Below, one piece after another: positions 23,478-31,327 of a stretch of DNA of 32,654 nt (the stretch's first letter is position 1; each line of letters begins with the position of its first letter). A program made the position numbers and the translations under genes. Under the pieces are notes generated by a model. That model had not been told where the DNA came from. It did not search any database and worked only from the letters and a program-made list of their open reading frames with translations. This DNA comes from an uncultured Pseudomonadota bacterium (GTDB lineage Bacteria > Babelota > Babeliae > Babelales > UBA12411), in the NCBI GenBank assembly GCA_964415095.1, contig CAYPYR010000005.1, forward strand, positions 1-32,654. Reading direction: 5' to 3'.

Positions 23478-24108
23478 AAAATTCTTCCAATGTTGTTATA
23501 GGGTATGCGCCCTCACGGAGCACGGATATACGATCAGGATGAGTGCAATCAAGTATCGTTGATGGTAACAAACTTGTTGCTTCAAGATTCTCTGGCTCAT
23601 CGGCAATGATTTTTTGTACATTCTCTTTGAGAAACGGCTCGATTTGTGACCAAGTTTGCGGTGCTGGCTTGCCTGATCTATTTGCACTCGTTGAATAAAG
23701 ACCATCAAAATGTTGCAGCAGAGATAATAATCCAGGATGAGCGGGGCAGCGTAATGCAATAGTATTGCTTGACGAGCACAGATAAGGTGGTAGATCCTCT
23801 CGAGCCTTAAAAACGATTGTTACCGGTCCGGGCCAGCAATGGTTTAGGAGCTGTTTAAGGGAAGGATCGATATTGTTTAGAGCAACAAAAGAGGGTAATT
23901 GCTCACTATTTCTTATGAGTATGACATAGGGTTTACTATCCCTGCCTCCTTTGAGCGTATTTAATAAAAGAAAAGTTTTTTCTGAAATAGTCCCTAAAAG
24001 GCCCCAAATTGTATCAGTACTGCACAAAATGGGATAATCGCGTCTAAGGCAATCAACGATGGCTTTTATATCGTGAGGCTTGTGCCAATCGAGGGTTTGG
24101 GGAATCAT
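23455..24108 (-). CDS. tsaC: L-threonylcarbamoyladenylate synthase (TsaC/YrdC/Sua5 family)
   Basis: CSTDTIWGLLG, KGGRDSKPYVILI and YSTSANRSGKP are YrdC-domain motifs. The 3' end overlaps the nrnA start by 23 nt. Confidence 0.86.
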   Translation of the reverse strand: MIPQTLDWHKPHDIKAIVDCLRRDYPILCSTDTIWGLLGTISEKTFLLLNTLKGGRDSKPYVILIRNSEQLPSFVALNNIDPSLKQLLNHCWPGPVTIVFKAREDLPPYLCSSSNTIALRCPAHPGLLSLLQHFDGLYSTSANRSGKPAPQTWSQIEPFLKENVQKIIADEPENLEATSLLPSTILDCTHPDRISVLREGAYPITTLEEFYGKPFIK

Positions 24109-24165
24109 GACCTAGTCCTATATTTTCTAAATTGTAGATACTGCACCCCTGCAGGTGTTTGATTT

Positions 24166-24195
24166 TTAAGACAAATGGTATATGTTATATATAAT
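24166..24195 (+). promoter_or_regulatory. Candidate promoter for folC
   Basis: TTAAGA (24166-24171), an 18-nt spacer, then TATAAT (24190-24195). An overlapping TGtTATATA is also present. Confidence 0.35.
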
Positions 24196-24279
24196 AGTTA
24201 ATAATAATAGTATAGGAATTTTGGAATAGAACAAGATAGATAGTTAGGTCAAACGAGAGAAATAAAGGAAGGTTTACCT

Positions 24280-25686
24280 ATGGCTTCGTTAATTAAAGAT
24301 AGTAGCCGTGTTCAGGATGGCGTACTTGGTAAGATACGCACCTACGGTGAAGTAGTAGAATTTTTAGATGCCTGCCCAGCAATGGAATATGGCGACGTAG
24401 CCCTTCGCCGTATGCAAGAGCTTGATAAACTTTTTGATAATACCGCAAGCAAATTTGAAACAATTTTGGTTGGTGGTACCAATGGAAAAAGTTCAACTAT
24501 GCACTTTGCGGCAAAATTGCTTATGGAAGAAGGCTTCAAAGTAGGTATTGCCTATTCAACACATCTTTTGACCTATAACGAACGTTGTGTCATGCAAGGT
24601 GAGCAAATTCCAAACAAGCAATTTGCTGAAATTGTTAATGAAGTAATCAATACTGCTCAAATGGCAAAATTATCAGTTACTGCTTTTGAAATACTCACCA
24701 TGGCGCATTTATTATATTTCAAAGCGCAAGGTGTAGATGTTGCTCTTGTCGAAGTTGGCATGGGTGGCGCAAAAGATATCACCACCGTATGTAATCCGAT
24801 TATTGCAGCAGTTACTCGTATTGCAGAAGATCATGCGGATATTTTAGGTAATGACCTTGATCAAATCACTCATGAAATGATTGGTATTACTAAGCCAGCA
24901 TCATGGTTCATTTCAGCAGAACAAAGTAAAATTCGTCTGCAAAAAATGAAAGATTGGGTTGAAGAACGCGAAGGTAAATGGGCAATGCCTATTCGTAAGC
25001 TTGCAGCATTACCATATATTTTTGAACAATTGTACGGACGTTCAGCATCACTCGCAGAACGTATTGCACAAATTTATGTTGAAGATATTAAGGGTAAGTT
25101 CTCACCATTCTTGCGCGGTAATCTATTAGCAACGCAACGTGGACAACGTGGTCGCCCTACTATCGAAGCAAAACGACGAGCTGAACTTAATCCAATCAAA
25201 ACACTTAAAGGTTTCTGGAACGAGCAATTTAATTTGCTACGTGGTCGCTTTGAAGTGCTTGATAAAGAAAAACCAACCATTTTGCTTGATAATGCTCATA
25301 ACGTTGATGCGCTCAATAATGTTTTCTTAGGTATTCGCTTATTGCATTACCAACGATCATTAAAAGGTTTTACCTTGATTATGGGTATTGAGTCACATAT
25401 TGATATGAATGAAGTCATGAAATTGGTTCGTTATCTTTTTAAGAAGGTAAATGGACAAGTATTCTTTGTACCGCTTCCTGATAACAAATTATCATGTGAT
25501 ATTGAAAAACTGGTTGATTTAGCACGAGAACTTAATGTGAAAGCAAAAGCATTCGCGAGTTTTACTGAAGCATTTGATGCTGCTTGTAAAACGGTCGATG
25601 AGCGTTCAGGTTTAGTTGCAATATGCGGTTCCGCGTCGCTTGTCAGCGAGTACTGGAAAGCAAAAGGAATCAAACGATTCAACTAA
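24280..25686 (+). CDS. folC: Folylpolyglutamate synthase/dihydrofolate synthase (Mur ligase family)
   Basis: VGGTNGKSSTMHF is the P-loop. STHLLTYNERC and EVGMGGAKD follow, with overall FolC length and layout. Confidence 0.82.
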   Translation: MASLIKDSSRVQDGVLGKIRTYGEVVEFLDACPAMEYGDVALRRMQELDKLFDNTASKFETILVGGTNGKSSTMHFAAKLLMEEGFKVGIAYSTHLLTYNERCVMQGEQIPNKQFAEIVNEVINTAQMAKLSVTAFEILTMAHLLYFKAQGVDVALVEVGMGGAKDITTVCNPIIAAVTRIAEDHADILGNDLDQITHEMIGITKPASWFISAEQSKIRLQKMKDWVEEREGKWAMPIRKLAALPYIFEQLYGRSASLAERIAQIYVEDIKGKFSPFLRGNLLATQRGQRGRPTIEAKRRAELNPIKTLKGFWNEQFNLLRGRFEVLDKEKPTILLDNAHNVDALNNVFLGIRLLHYQRSLKGFTLIMGIESHIDMNEVMKLVRYLFKKVNGQVFFVPLPDNKLSCDIEKLVDLARELNVKAKAFASFTEAFDAACKTVDERSGLVAICGSASLVSEYWKAKGIKRFN

Positions 25687-25696
25687 AAAAAGTGTC

Positions 25697-25745
25697 ATAA
25701 AGTAATTTATCAATATTATTGAATGCTATTGATAAATTACTTTAT
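25697..25745. terminator. Long AT-rich hairpin between convergent folC and the galU-like gene (probable bidirectional terminator)
   Basis: Perfect 19-bp inverted repeat ataaagtaatttatcaata (25697-25715) / tattgataaattactttat (25727-25745) with an 11-nt loop. Confidence 0.55.
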
Positions 25746-25797
25746 CAGATTTGTATCAGGGGATTTGGAGGTTTTCTGATAATGATATTCGCTTGTT

Positions 25798-26715
25798 TTA
25801 GAAACGTAATTCTTTTTCTTTTTTCCCAAGCATATGCGCTTTTCCTTGCATTACTAAAAATTCACGATCAAGTTCTTGTAAATAATTAAGCATATCATCT
25901 GCATGCAATTGATGCCTAAGCGCCATAGTAATATTAGATTTCAGCAAGGCCATGGTGTCATACGCTTCATAAAGCAGCCCAGAAATTTTATAAGCATACA
26001 CCTTTTCACCAGCTGCAAGTAATTCTTCTATGCAGTCAGTAAAACACATCTCAGTATTGTTTTTGTTATCGTTAACAATATCAAAAATAGTCGGTGATAA
26101 AACAAATCGTCCCACGATTGCTAAATTTGATGGCGTTTCAGTTTGTGATGGTTTATTGATTAACTCTTTCACTTGAAATAATGTTGGTGAGAATTGTTTT
26201 TTGATACGCACTATCCCATAATTATGCACTGTTTCAAGTGGTACTTCACGTACTGCAATGACATTACATTTTTCTTGTTGAGCTATTTTAATCAGTTGTG
26301 CTAAAGCAGGAATTGGATTTATGATAACTTCGCTTGGAAGCATAAAAGCAATTGGATCTGTTGACCGTGCGTGACGTGCTGCGAGCACTGCTTGCATGAG
26401 ATCCTGTGCAGCATGTGCAAAGATGTAGGAAAAATCACATTTTTTGCCAAGAGTACGTGCGGCTACATGAGCAGCAGTTGATTCTTCACTGGCCATAGCA
26501 TCCGGTTGTTGAGAAAAATATTCATCAAAATATATATGAGGTTTTGCTTGTACCATAATACATTGTTCAATACCTGATCGTACTGCTTCATCTATGATAT
26601 AATGGATCAGGGGGCGATCAATCAGTGGAAGCATTTCCTGAGGGAAAGTAGATGATGTCGCAAATCCATGCTGCGTAAAATTCATTGATGGAATGATAGC
26701 TTGTTTGACGATCAT
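25798..26715 (-). CDS. UTP-glucose-1-phosphate uridylyltransferase (GalU)-like protein with degenerate active-site signature
   Basis: PQEMLPLIDRPLIHYIIDEAV, NYGIV and TPSNLAIVGRFVLSPTIF match GalU closely. The N-terminal G-x-G-T-R-x-L-P-x-T-K loop instead reads SMNFTQHGFATSS. An AAAGGAG RBS lies 21 nt after the pheS stop. Confidence 0.78.
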   Translation of the reverse strand: MIVKQAIIPSMNFTQHGFATSSTFPQEMLPLIDRPLIHYIIDEAVRSGIEQCIMVQAKPHIYFDEYFSQQPDAMASEESTAAHVAARTLGKKCDFSYIFAHAAQDLMQAVLAARHARSTDPIAFMLPSEVIINPIPALAQLIKIAQQEKCNVIAVREVPLETVHNYGIVRIKKQFSPTLFQVKELINKPSQTETPSNLAIVGRFVLSPTIFDIVNDNKNNTEMCFTDCIEELLAAGEKVYAYKISGLLYEAYDTMALLKSNITMALRHQLHADDMLNYLQELDREFLVMQGKAHMLGKKEKELRF

Positions 26716-26736
26716 TACAATACTCCTTTTTCAAAG

Positions 26737-27771
26737 TTAAAATTGCTCGAGAAACTTTAATCTTCCGCTGTGTAGCAGGCGAATGTCATTAATAGCATAT
26801 TTAATCATCGCAAGGCGCGTCAGCCCAAAACCGAAGGCAAATCCTGAATATTCTTCAGGATTTATTCCCGCTGCTTGCAGGACATTTGGATGAATAAGTC
26901 CACCAGGAAATACTTCAATCCATGTTGATTTTTTACATACGGAACATCCCGCAGTGCAAAATGGACATTGAATATCGATTTCAACGCCAGGTTCAACAAA
27001 TGGGAAAAAGCCAGGGCGTATTCTTATTTCTAAATTGTCTCGTTTAAAAAAGGCGTGCAAAAACTTTTTAGCCGTTGCAAAAAGATGAGCAAGCGTAACA
27101 TGCTTATCAATTAAAAATCCTTCGCACTGCATAAACATAAAATCGTGTGTTGCATCAGTTGCTTCATGACGGAAGCAACGTCCAGGTGCAATGGCGGCAA
27201 TTGGAAGCGGTTTTTCGCGCATGATATGCGACTGCACCGTTGATGTGTGTGTACGAAGGAGTAAATCGGGGCGATTCATCCAAAACGTATCATACATATC
27301 GCGCGCGGGATGATGCTCGGGAATGTTGAGCGCCGTAAAATTGTTGTAATCATTTTCGATTTCTGGCCCATCAACTACTTGATAGCCCATAGAAATAAAA
27401 ATATTCTCGATTTCTTGTACGATATGAGTATACGGGTGAAGATGACCTGTGGCATCTTCTTTCATATAAGCGGTTACATCAAAATTCATTTTTTTTGAAT
27501 TTTGTTGAGTAGCAGCTTCTTTGATCAGTGTTGCTTCTTTTTCATCAATGAGCAAGGTTGCAATATCTCGCAGTTGATTGATCAGTGCGCCAACTGTTTT
27601 TCTCTCATCACCTGAAAACGATTTTAATGTGGTGAAAAATTCGGTAATGCTTCCTTTTTTTCCTAAAAATTGTACTCGTAATTGTTTAAGCTCTGCAAGA
27701 CTGGTAACCAGCTCTAATGCGTTGTGGAGCTCTTGTTGCGTAATGGAAATTTTAGTTTCTATGGTGGACAT
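26737..27771 (-). CDS. pheS: Phenylalanine--tRNA ligase alpha subunit
   Basis: LRVQFLGKKGSIT, HPARDMYDTFW, LLRTHTSTVQ, PGRCFRHEATDATH, FHQ-like MQCEG and GFAFGFGLTRLAMIKY are class II motifs 1-3. Start trimmed to MSTIET (27771), which has an AAAGGAA RBS. Confidence 0.93.
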   Translation of the reverse strand: MSTIETKISITQQELHNALELVTSLAELKQLRVQFLGKKGSITEFFTTLKSFSGDERKTVGALINQLRDIATLLIDEKEATLIKEAATQQNSKKMNFDVTAYMKEDATGHLHPYTHIVQEIENIFISMGYQVVDGPEIENDYNNFTALNIPEHHPARDMYDTFWMNRPDLLLRTHTSTVQSHIMREKPLPIAAIAPGRCFRHEATDATHDFMFMQCEGFLIDKHVTLAHLFATAKKFLHAFFKRDNLEIRIRPGFFPFVEPGVEIDIQCPFCTAGCSVCKKSTWIEVFPGGLIHPNVLQAAGINPEEYSGFAFGFGLTRLAMIKYAINDIRLLHSGRLKFLEQF

Positions 27772-27827
27772 ATGTTCCTTTTTGCACAATCTGGCAAATA
27801 TATTGGAGCTATTTTAGCATCTTTTTA

Positions 27828-27856
27828 AAGATATTGGCAACCTTTCTTCGCGTCAA
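27828..27856 (-). promoter_or_regulatory. Candidate pheS promoter
   Basis: On the - strand: TTGACG (rc of 27851-27856), a 17-nt spacer, then TATCTT (rc of 27828-27833). Confidence 0.45.
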
Positions 27857-27872
27857 AAAATCCAAATTTCGG

Positions 27873-27901
27873 TTGACATTGTGCCTGATGATCGGTAACC
27901 T
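27873..27901 (+). promoter_or_regulatory. Candidate promoter for the tRNA-Phe/ffh transcription unit
   Basis: TTGACA (27873-27878), a 17-nt spacer, then TAACCT (27896-27901). It lies about 27 nt upstream of the tRNA 5' end. Confidence 0.45.
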
Positions 27902-27928
27902 TTGCTCTGTATCAAGCAATCAAATGTC

Positions 27929-28004
27929 GCCGAGATAGCTCAGTCGGTAGAGCAACAGACTGAAAATCTGTGTGTCGCCGGTTCGATTCCGGCTCTCGGC
28001 ACCA
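27929..28004 (+). tRNA. tRNA-Phe (anticodon GAA), CCA encoded
   Basis: Folded by hand over 76 nt. Acceptor gccgaga/tctcggc, D-arm gctc-agtcggta-gagc, anticodon stem acaga/tctgt with loop ctGAAaa, variable loop gtgtc, T-arm gccgg-ttcgatt-ccggc, discriminator A, then CCA. Confidence 0.93.
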
Positions 28005-28026
28005 ATTAATTTCCAAGGTGATAACT

Positions 28027-29355
28027 GTGTTCGATTTTTTATCGAGAAAATTTTCCGGTATTCTAAGCTGGTTGCAAGATAAAGGCCGTCTTACCGAAGA
28101 AAATATTGCCGATGCAATAAAACAGGTACGCGATGCGCTCATCGAAGCAGATGTCCCGCATGCCTTGGTTGAAACATTCCTTGTAGAAATCGAAAAAGAA
28201 GTTGTCGGCCAAAAAACGCAAAAATCAATTAATCCCGGCCAACAATTTATAAAAATAGTGCATGATAAGCTCCTCTTCTTTTTAGGGGGAAAATCAAGTA
28301 CATCGCTCTCATTTCAGATACCATCTACTATTATGATGCTTGGATTGCAAGGTTCGGGTAAAACCACTACTCTGGCAAAGATAGCCAATTGGCTATCAAA
28401 TGAGGCCAAAAAGCGTCATAAATCGCGACGTATACTTTGTGCTTCGATTGATTTTTATCGTCCTGCAGCAATTGAGCAGCTTGCTATACTTGCAAAACAG
28501 GTTAATATTGATTTCTACCGGGCAATTAGTACAGACCCCGTAAAAGCATCAGCAGAAATAGCCGCGTATGCTAAAAATAATCAATATGAATATCTTTTGC
28601 TTGATACGGCAGGTAGATTGCATATTGATAATACACTGATGACGGAGCTTATTGCCGTTAATTCTGCAATAAATCCTAAATATAAGATTTTGGTTCTCGA
28701 TGCCATGACCGGTCAAGAATCGCTCAATGTAGCGCGAGCTTTTGATCAAACAGTGGGCTTTGACTCTGCAATTTTAAGCAAAATGGATAGCGATACTCGA
28801 GGCGGTGCAGCTTTTTCATTTCGCTATGCCTTGAAAAAACCGATTATCTTTGTTGGTTCCGGTGAAAAAATCGATGATCTTGAGCAGTTTATCCCTGAAA
28901 GAGCGGCAAATCGCATGCTTGGAATGGGAGATATATTAACATTGCTTGAAAAAGCTGATGAAAAGATTGATACTAATACTCAAGAAGACCTATCGCGTAG
29001 GTTTTTGCAAGGAAACTTTACCCTGGATGATTTTGCCAAGCAGCTTGATATGGTTGATAAGATTGGTCCATTAAGCAAAATTTTAAAATATATACCAGGT
29101 ACCCCCACGGTCTCTTCCGCTCATATTGAGGAAGGACAGCGTGAAATGCGTCGCTTTAAGGCTATTTTGTCCTCAATGACCCATAAAGAGCGGTTGTTTC
29201 CGACATTATTAGATTCATCGCGTAAGCAGCGCATAGCTCGTGGATCAGGAACTTCGGTCCAAGAAGTAAATAAATTACTCGCCCGATTTGAACAAAGTAA
29301 GCAATTTGCTAAAATGATTAAAAAGGGTGGGAAGTTCGGTAGTTTTTTTAAGTAA
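28027..29355 (+). CDS. ffh: Signal recognition particle protein Ffh
   Basis: GTG start at 28027 gives (M)FDFLSRKFSGILSWLQDKGRLTEENI, a typical Ffh N-terminus, with an AAGGTGA RBS at 28015-28021. GLQGSGKTTTLAKIA, DTAGRL and a Met-rich M domain follow. The upstream part of the track ORF overlaps the tRNA and is rejected. Confidence 0.93.
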   Translation: MFDFLSRKFSGILSWLQDKGRLTEENIADAIKQVRDALIEADVPHALVETFLVEIEKEVVGQKTQKSINPGQQFIKIVHDKLLFFLGGKSSTSLSFQIPSTIMMLGLQGSGKTTTLAKIANWLSNEAKKRHKSRRILCASIDFYRPAAIEQLAILAKQVNIDFYRAISTDPVKASAEIAAYAKNNQYEYLLLDTAGRLHIDNTLMTELIAVNSAINPKYKILVLDAMTGQESLNVARAFDQTVGFDSAILSKMDSDTRGGAAFSFRYALKKPIIFVGSGEKIDDLEQFIPERAANRMLGMGDILTLLEKADEKIDTNTQEDLSRRFLQGNFTLDDFAKQLDMVDKIGPLSKILKYIPGTPTVSSAHIEEGQREMRRFKAILSSMTHKERLFPTLLDSSRKQRIARGSGTSVQEVNKLLARFEQSKQFAKMIKKGGKFGSFFK

Positions 29356-29372
29356 CGATACGAAAGGGATAA

Positions 29373-29630
29373 ATGGCTGTCAAAATTCGTTTAAGCCGTG
29401 TAGGTAAGAAAAATAGTCCAGTAAGCCGCATAGTTGCTATAGATTCACGCAAAAAACGTGATGGCGAGTTCTTAGAGAACTTAGGAACTTATGATCAAGT
29501 GCATCATAGTATTGTTCAATTACATGTTGAACGTATTAATGCATGGGTCGCACAAGGTGCAATTTGTACACCAGCAGTGCTCAAGATTGTAAAAATGCAT
29601 AAGCGTACTGCAACTGAATCAGCATCATAA
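29373..29630 (+). CDS. rpsP: 30S ribosomal protein S16
   Basis: MAVKIRLSRVGKKNSPVSRIVAIDSRKKRDGEFLENLGTYD is typical of S16. Confidence 0.93.
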   Translation: MAVKIRLSRVGKKNSPVSRIVAIDSRKKRDGEFLENLGTYDQVHHSIVQLHVERINAWVAQGAICTPAVLKIVKMHKRTATESAS

Positions 29631-29648
29631 TAGTCAAGGAATAGACGG

Positions 29649-29882
29649 ATGCTCATACAATTAGTGGAATATGTTGTTGCAAAACTTGTTGATGATGCAT
29701 CTCGCATTCAAGTTATTGATGCAGTTGATGGCGATGTGCATATCATTAGAGTTTCGGTTGCGCAAGAAGATCTTGGTAAGATAATTGGGAAAGACGGCAA
29801 TACTGCTCGTGCGCTCAGAACTCTTATTCAAGCAGCAGCAGCACGAGATAATATTAAAGCTGGGCTTGAAATCGTAAAATAA
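29649..29882 (+). CDS. KH-domain RNA-binding protein (YlqC/UPF0109-like)
   Basis: LVEYVVAKLVDD...EDLGKIIGKDGNTARALRTLI contains the GxxG KH motif. It sits in the conserved position after rpsP. Confidence 0.85.
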   Translation: MLIQLVEYVVAKLVDDASRIQVIDAVDGDVHIIRVSVAQEDLGKIIGKDGNTARALRTLIQAAAARDNIKAGLEIVK

Positions 29883-29884
29883 CC

Positions 29885-31258
29885 GTGAAAATATCAATTA
29901 TTACGGTTTTTCCGGAACTGTATACTGCATTTCTTAATACTAGTCTCGTAGCTCGTGCTAAAGATGCGGGCCTTGTTTCATTTTCAGTGACTGCATTTTC
30001 ATCAGTATGTGATCCCAAAGAGCGTATTGATGAAGCGACGTGTGGACCAAGTGCTGGCATGATTTTAAAGCCAGTAGTGGTAGAGCGAGCAATTGCAGCA
30101 GTGGAAGCAGAACATGGTCCTGGGTTTCGCATATTCTTTTCGCCGCAGGGCAAGAAACTTTCTCAACGATTATTACATGAGTTATATGATGAATTACACC
30201 ATGTACATAATCAATTTGACGAATCTCAAAGTAGCAATGCTGATATAAATGCGCATATTATTTTAGTATGTGCTCGTTATGAAGGTATTGATGCACGGGT
30301 TGAAGAAGAATGCGCAGACTTACTGCTCTCAATTGGCGATTATGTGCTGATGGGAGGAGACCTTGCAGCACAAGTATTTTTAGAAAGTTATATGCGCCTT
30401 ATTCCGGAAGTTATTGGTCGCGTGCAATCAGTAGAAGAAGATTCTTTTAGCGGTCCTTTTCTCGATTACCCTGAATATGGATTGCCGGTTGAATGGCATG
30501 AGAAAAAAGTTCCCGACATTATTCTTTCGGGAAATCATGGTGCTATAAAACAATATCGTACATCGCGTGCTGCACGCAGAACAATCTTGCAACGATTTGA
30601 TTGGTTTCGATCATCGGGTATGACCAAAGATGAGATGCTGAGTGCTAAAGAGCATATTCCTGCTCACTACGTGGTGCTCATGCATGATCAGGTATATGTG
30701 AAAGAAGATGAGGTTGGTGTAACATCAATCACCTCTATTGATTTGCATGATATTGCACGTTCAAGCGCAACCTACGGGGTAAGTGGTTTTTTTGCCGTAT
30801 CATCGCTCAAAGACCAACATATGATCATGCAGACATTTATTGATTTTTGGAGCTCGCCGCGGGGGAAAAAATATAACCCGTCACGTTATCGAGCAATGGC
30901 ACTTTTAAAGCCGGCCTTTTCTTTTGACGAAGTGCGCGAGTGTATTCGAGCAATTGAAGGGAAAGATCCCTTGATTGTTGCTACCTCAGCCAAAACGTCA
31001 GAGCAGGCTCCACTGATTGATTATGCTGCCCAAGGAACTGTTTGGAAGCATGATAGACCTGTTTTATTGGTATTTGGTACCGGACGAGGTCTTTCGGATG
31101 CCTTGCTTGCTCAATGTGATTATTTGTTAGCCCCTGTTTTAGGTATGACTGATTATAATCATCTGTCGGTACGCAGTGCCGTTGCCATTATTTTAGACCG
31201 TTGGCTAGGTCTTAACCAATCCTTACCTGGATTATTGCTTGAAAATAGGCGAAAATAA
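29885..31258 (+). CDS. trmD: tRNA (guanine37-N1)-methyltransferase TrmD fused to a C-terminal second SPOUT-like domain
   Basis: GTG start 2 nt after the KH-gene stop. The TrmD motifs are ITVFPELY, CARYEGIDARV, SIGDYVLMGGDLAA and ILSGNHGAIKQYR (aa 1 to about 250). A further 200 aa or so follow (HYVVLMHDQVY..GVTSITSIDLHDIARSSATYGV..LLVFGTGRGLS..DYNHLSVRSAVAIILDR). Confidence 0.88.
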   Translation: MKISIITVFPELYTAFLNTSLVARAKDAGLVSFSVTAFSSVCDPKERIDEATCGPSAGMILKPVVVERAIAAVEAEHGPGFRIFFSPQGKKLSQRLLHELYDELHHVHNQFDESQSSNADINAHIILVCARYEGIDARVEEECADLLLSIGDYVLMGGDLAAQVFLESYMRLIPEVIGRVQSVEEDSFSGPFLDYPEYGLPVEWHEKKVPDIILSGNHGAIKQYRTSRAARRTILQRFDWFRSSGMTKDEMLSAKEHIPAHYVVLMHDQVYVKEDEVGVTSITSIDLHDIARSSATYGVSGFFAVSSLKDQHMIMQTFIDFWSSPRGKKYNPSRYRAMALLKPAFSFDEVRECIRAIEGKDPLIVATSAKTSEQAPLIDYAAQGTVWKHDRPVLLVFGTGRGLSDALLAQCDYLLAPVLGMTDYNHLSVRSAVAIILDRWLGLNQSLPGLLLENRRK

Positions 31259-31327
31259 AGGTATAGTTATTTGTATAGTATAAGATTTTAATGATTGAAT
31301 GAGACGTTCTCAGAAGGAAATGCACTT

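Noticed and set aside
24148-24155. CCTGCAGG 8-bp palindrome in the tsaC/folC divergent region
   Set aside because: It is a single short palindrome with no partner site or flanking symmetry, so it is most likely chance.
27912-28142. Track ORF 27912-28142 (-) and the 5' part of ORF 27970-29355 (+), both covering the tRNA
   Set aside because: The region folds into a canonical 76-nt tRNA-Phe. The Ffh homology begins at the GTG at 28027, which has its own RBS.
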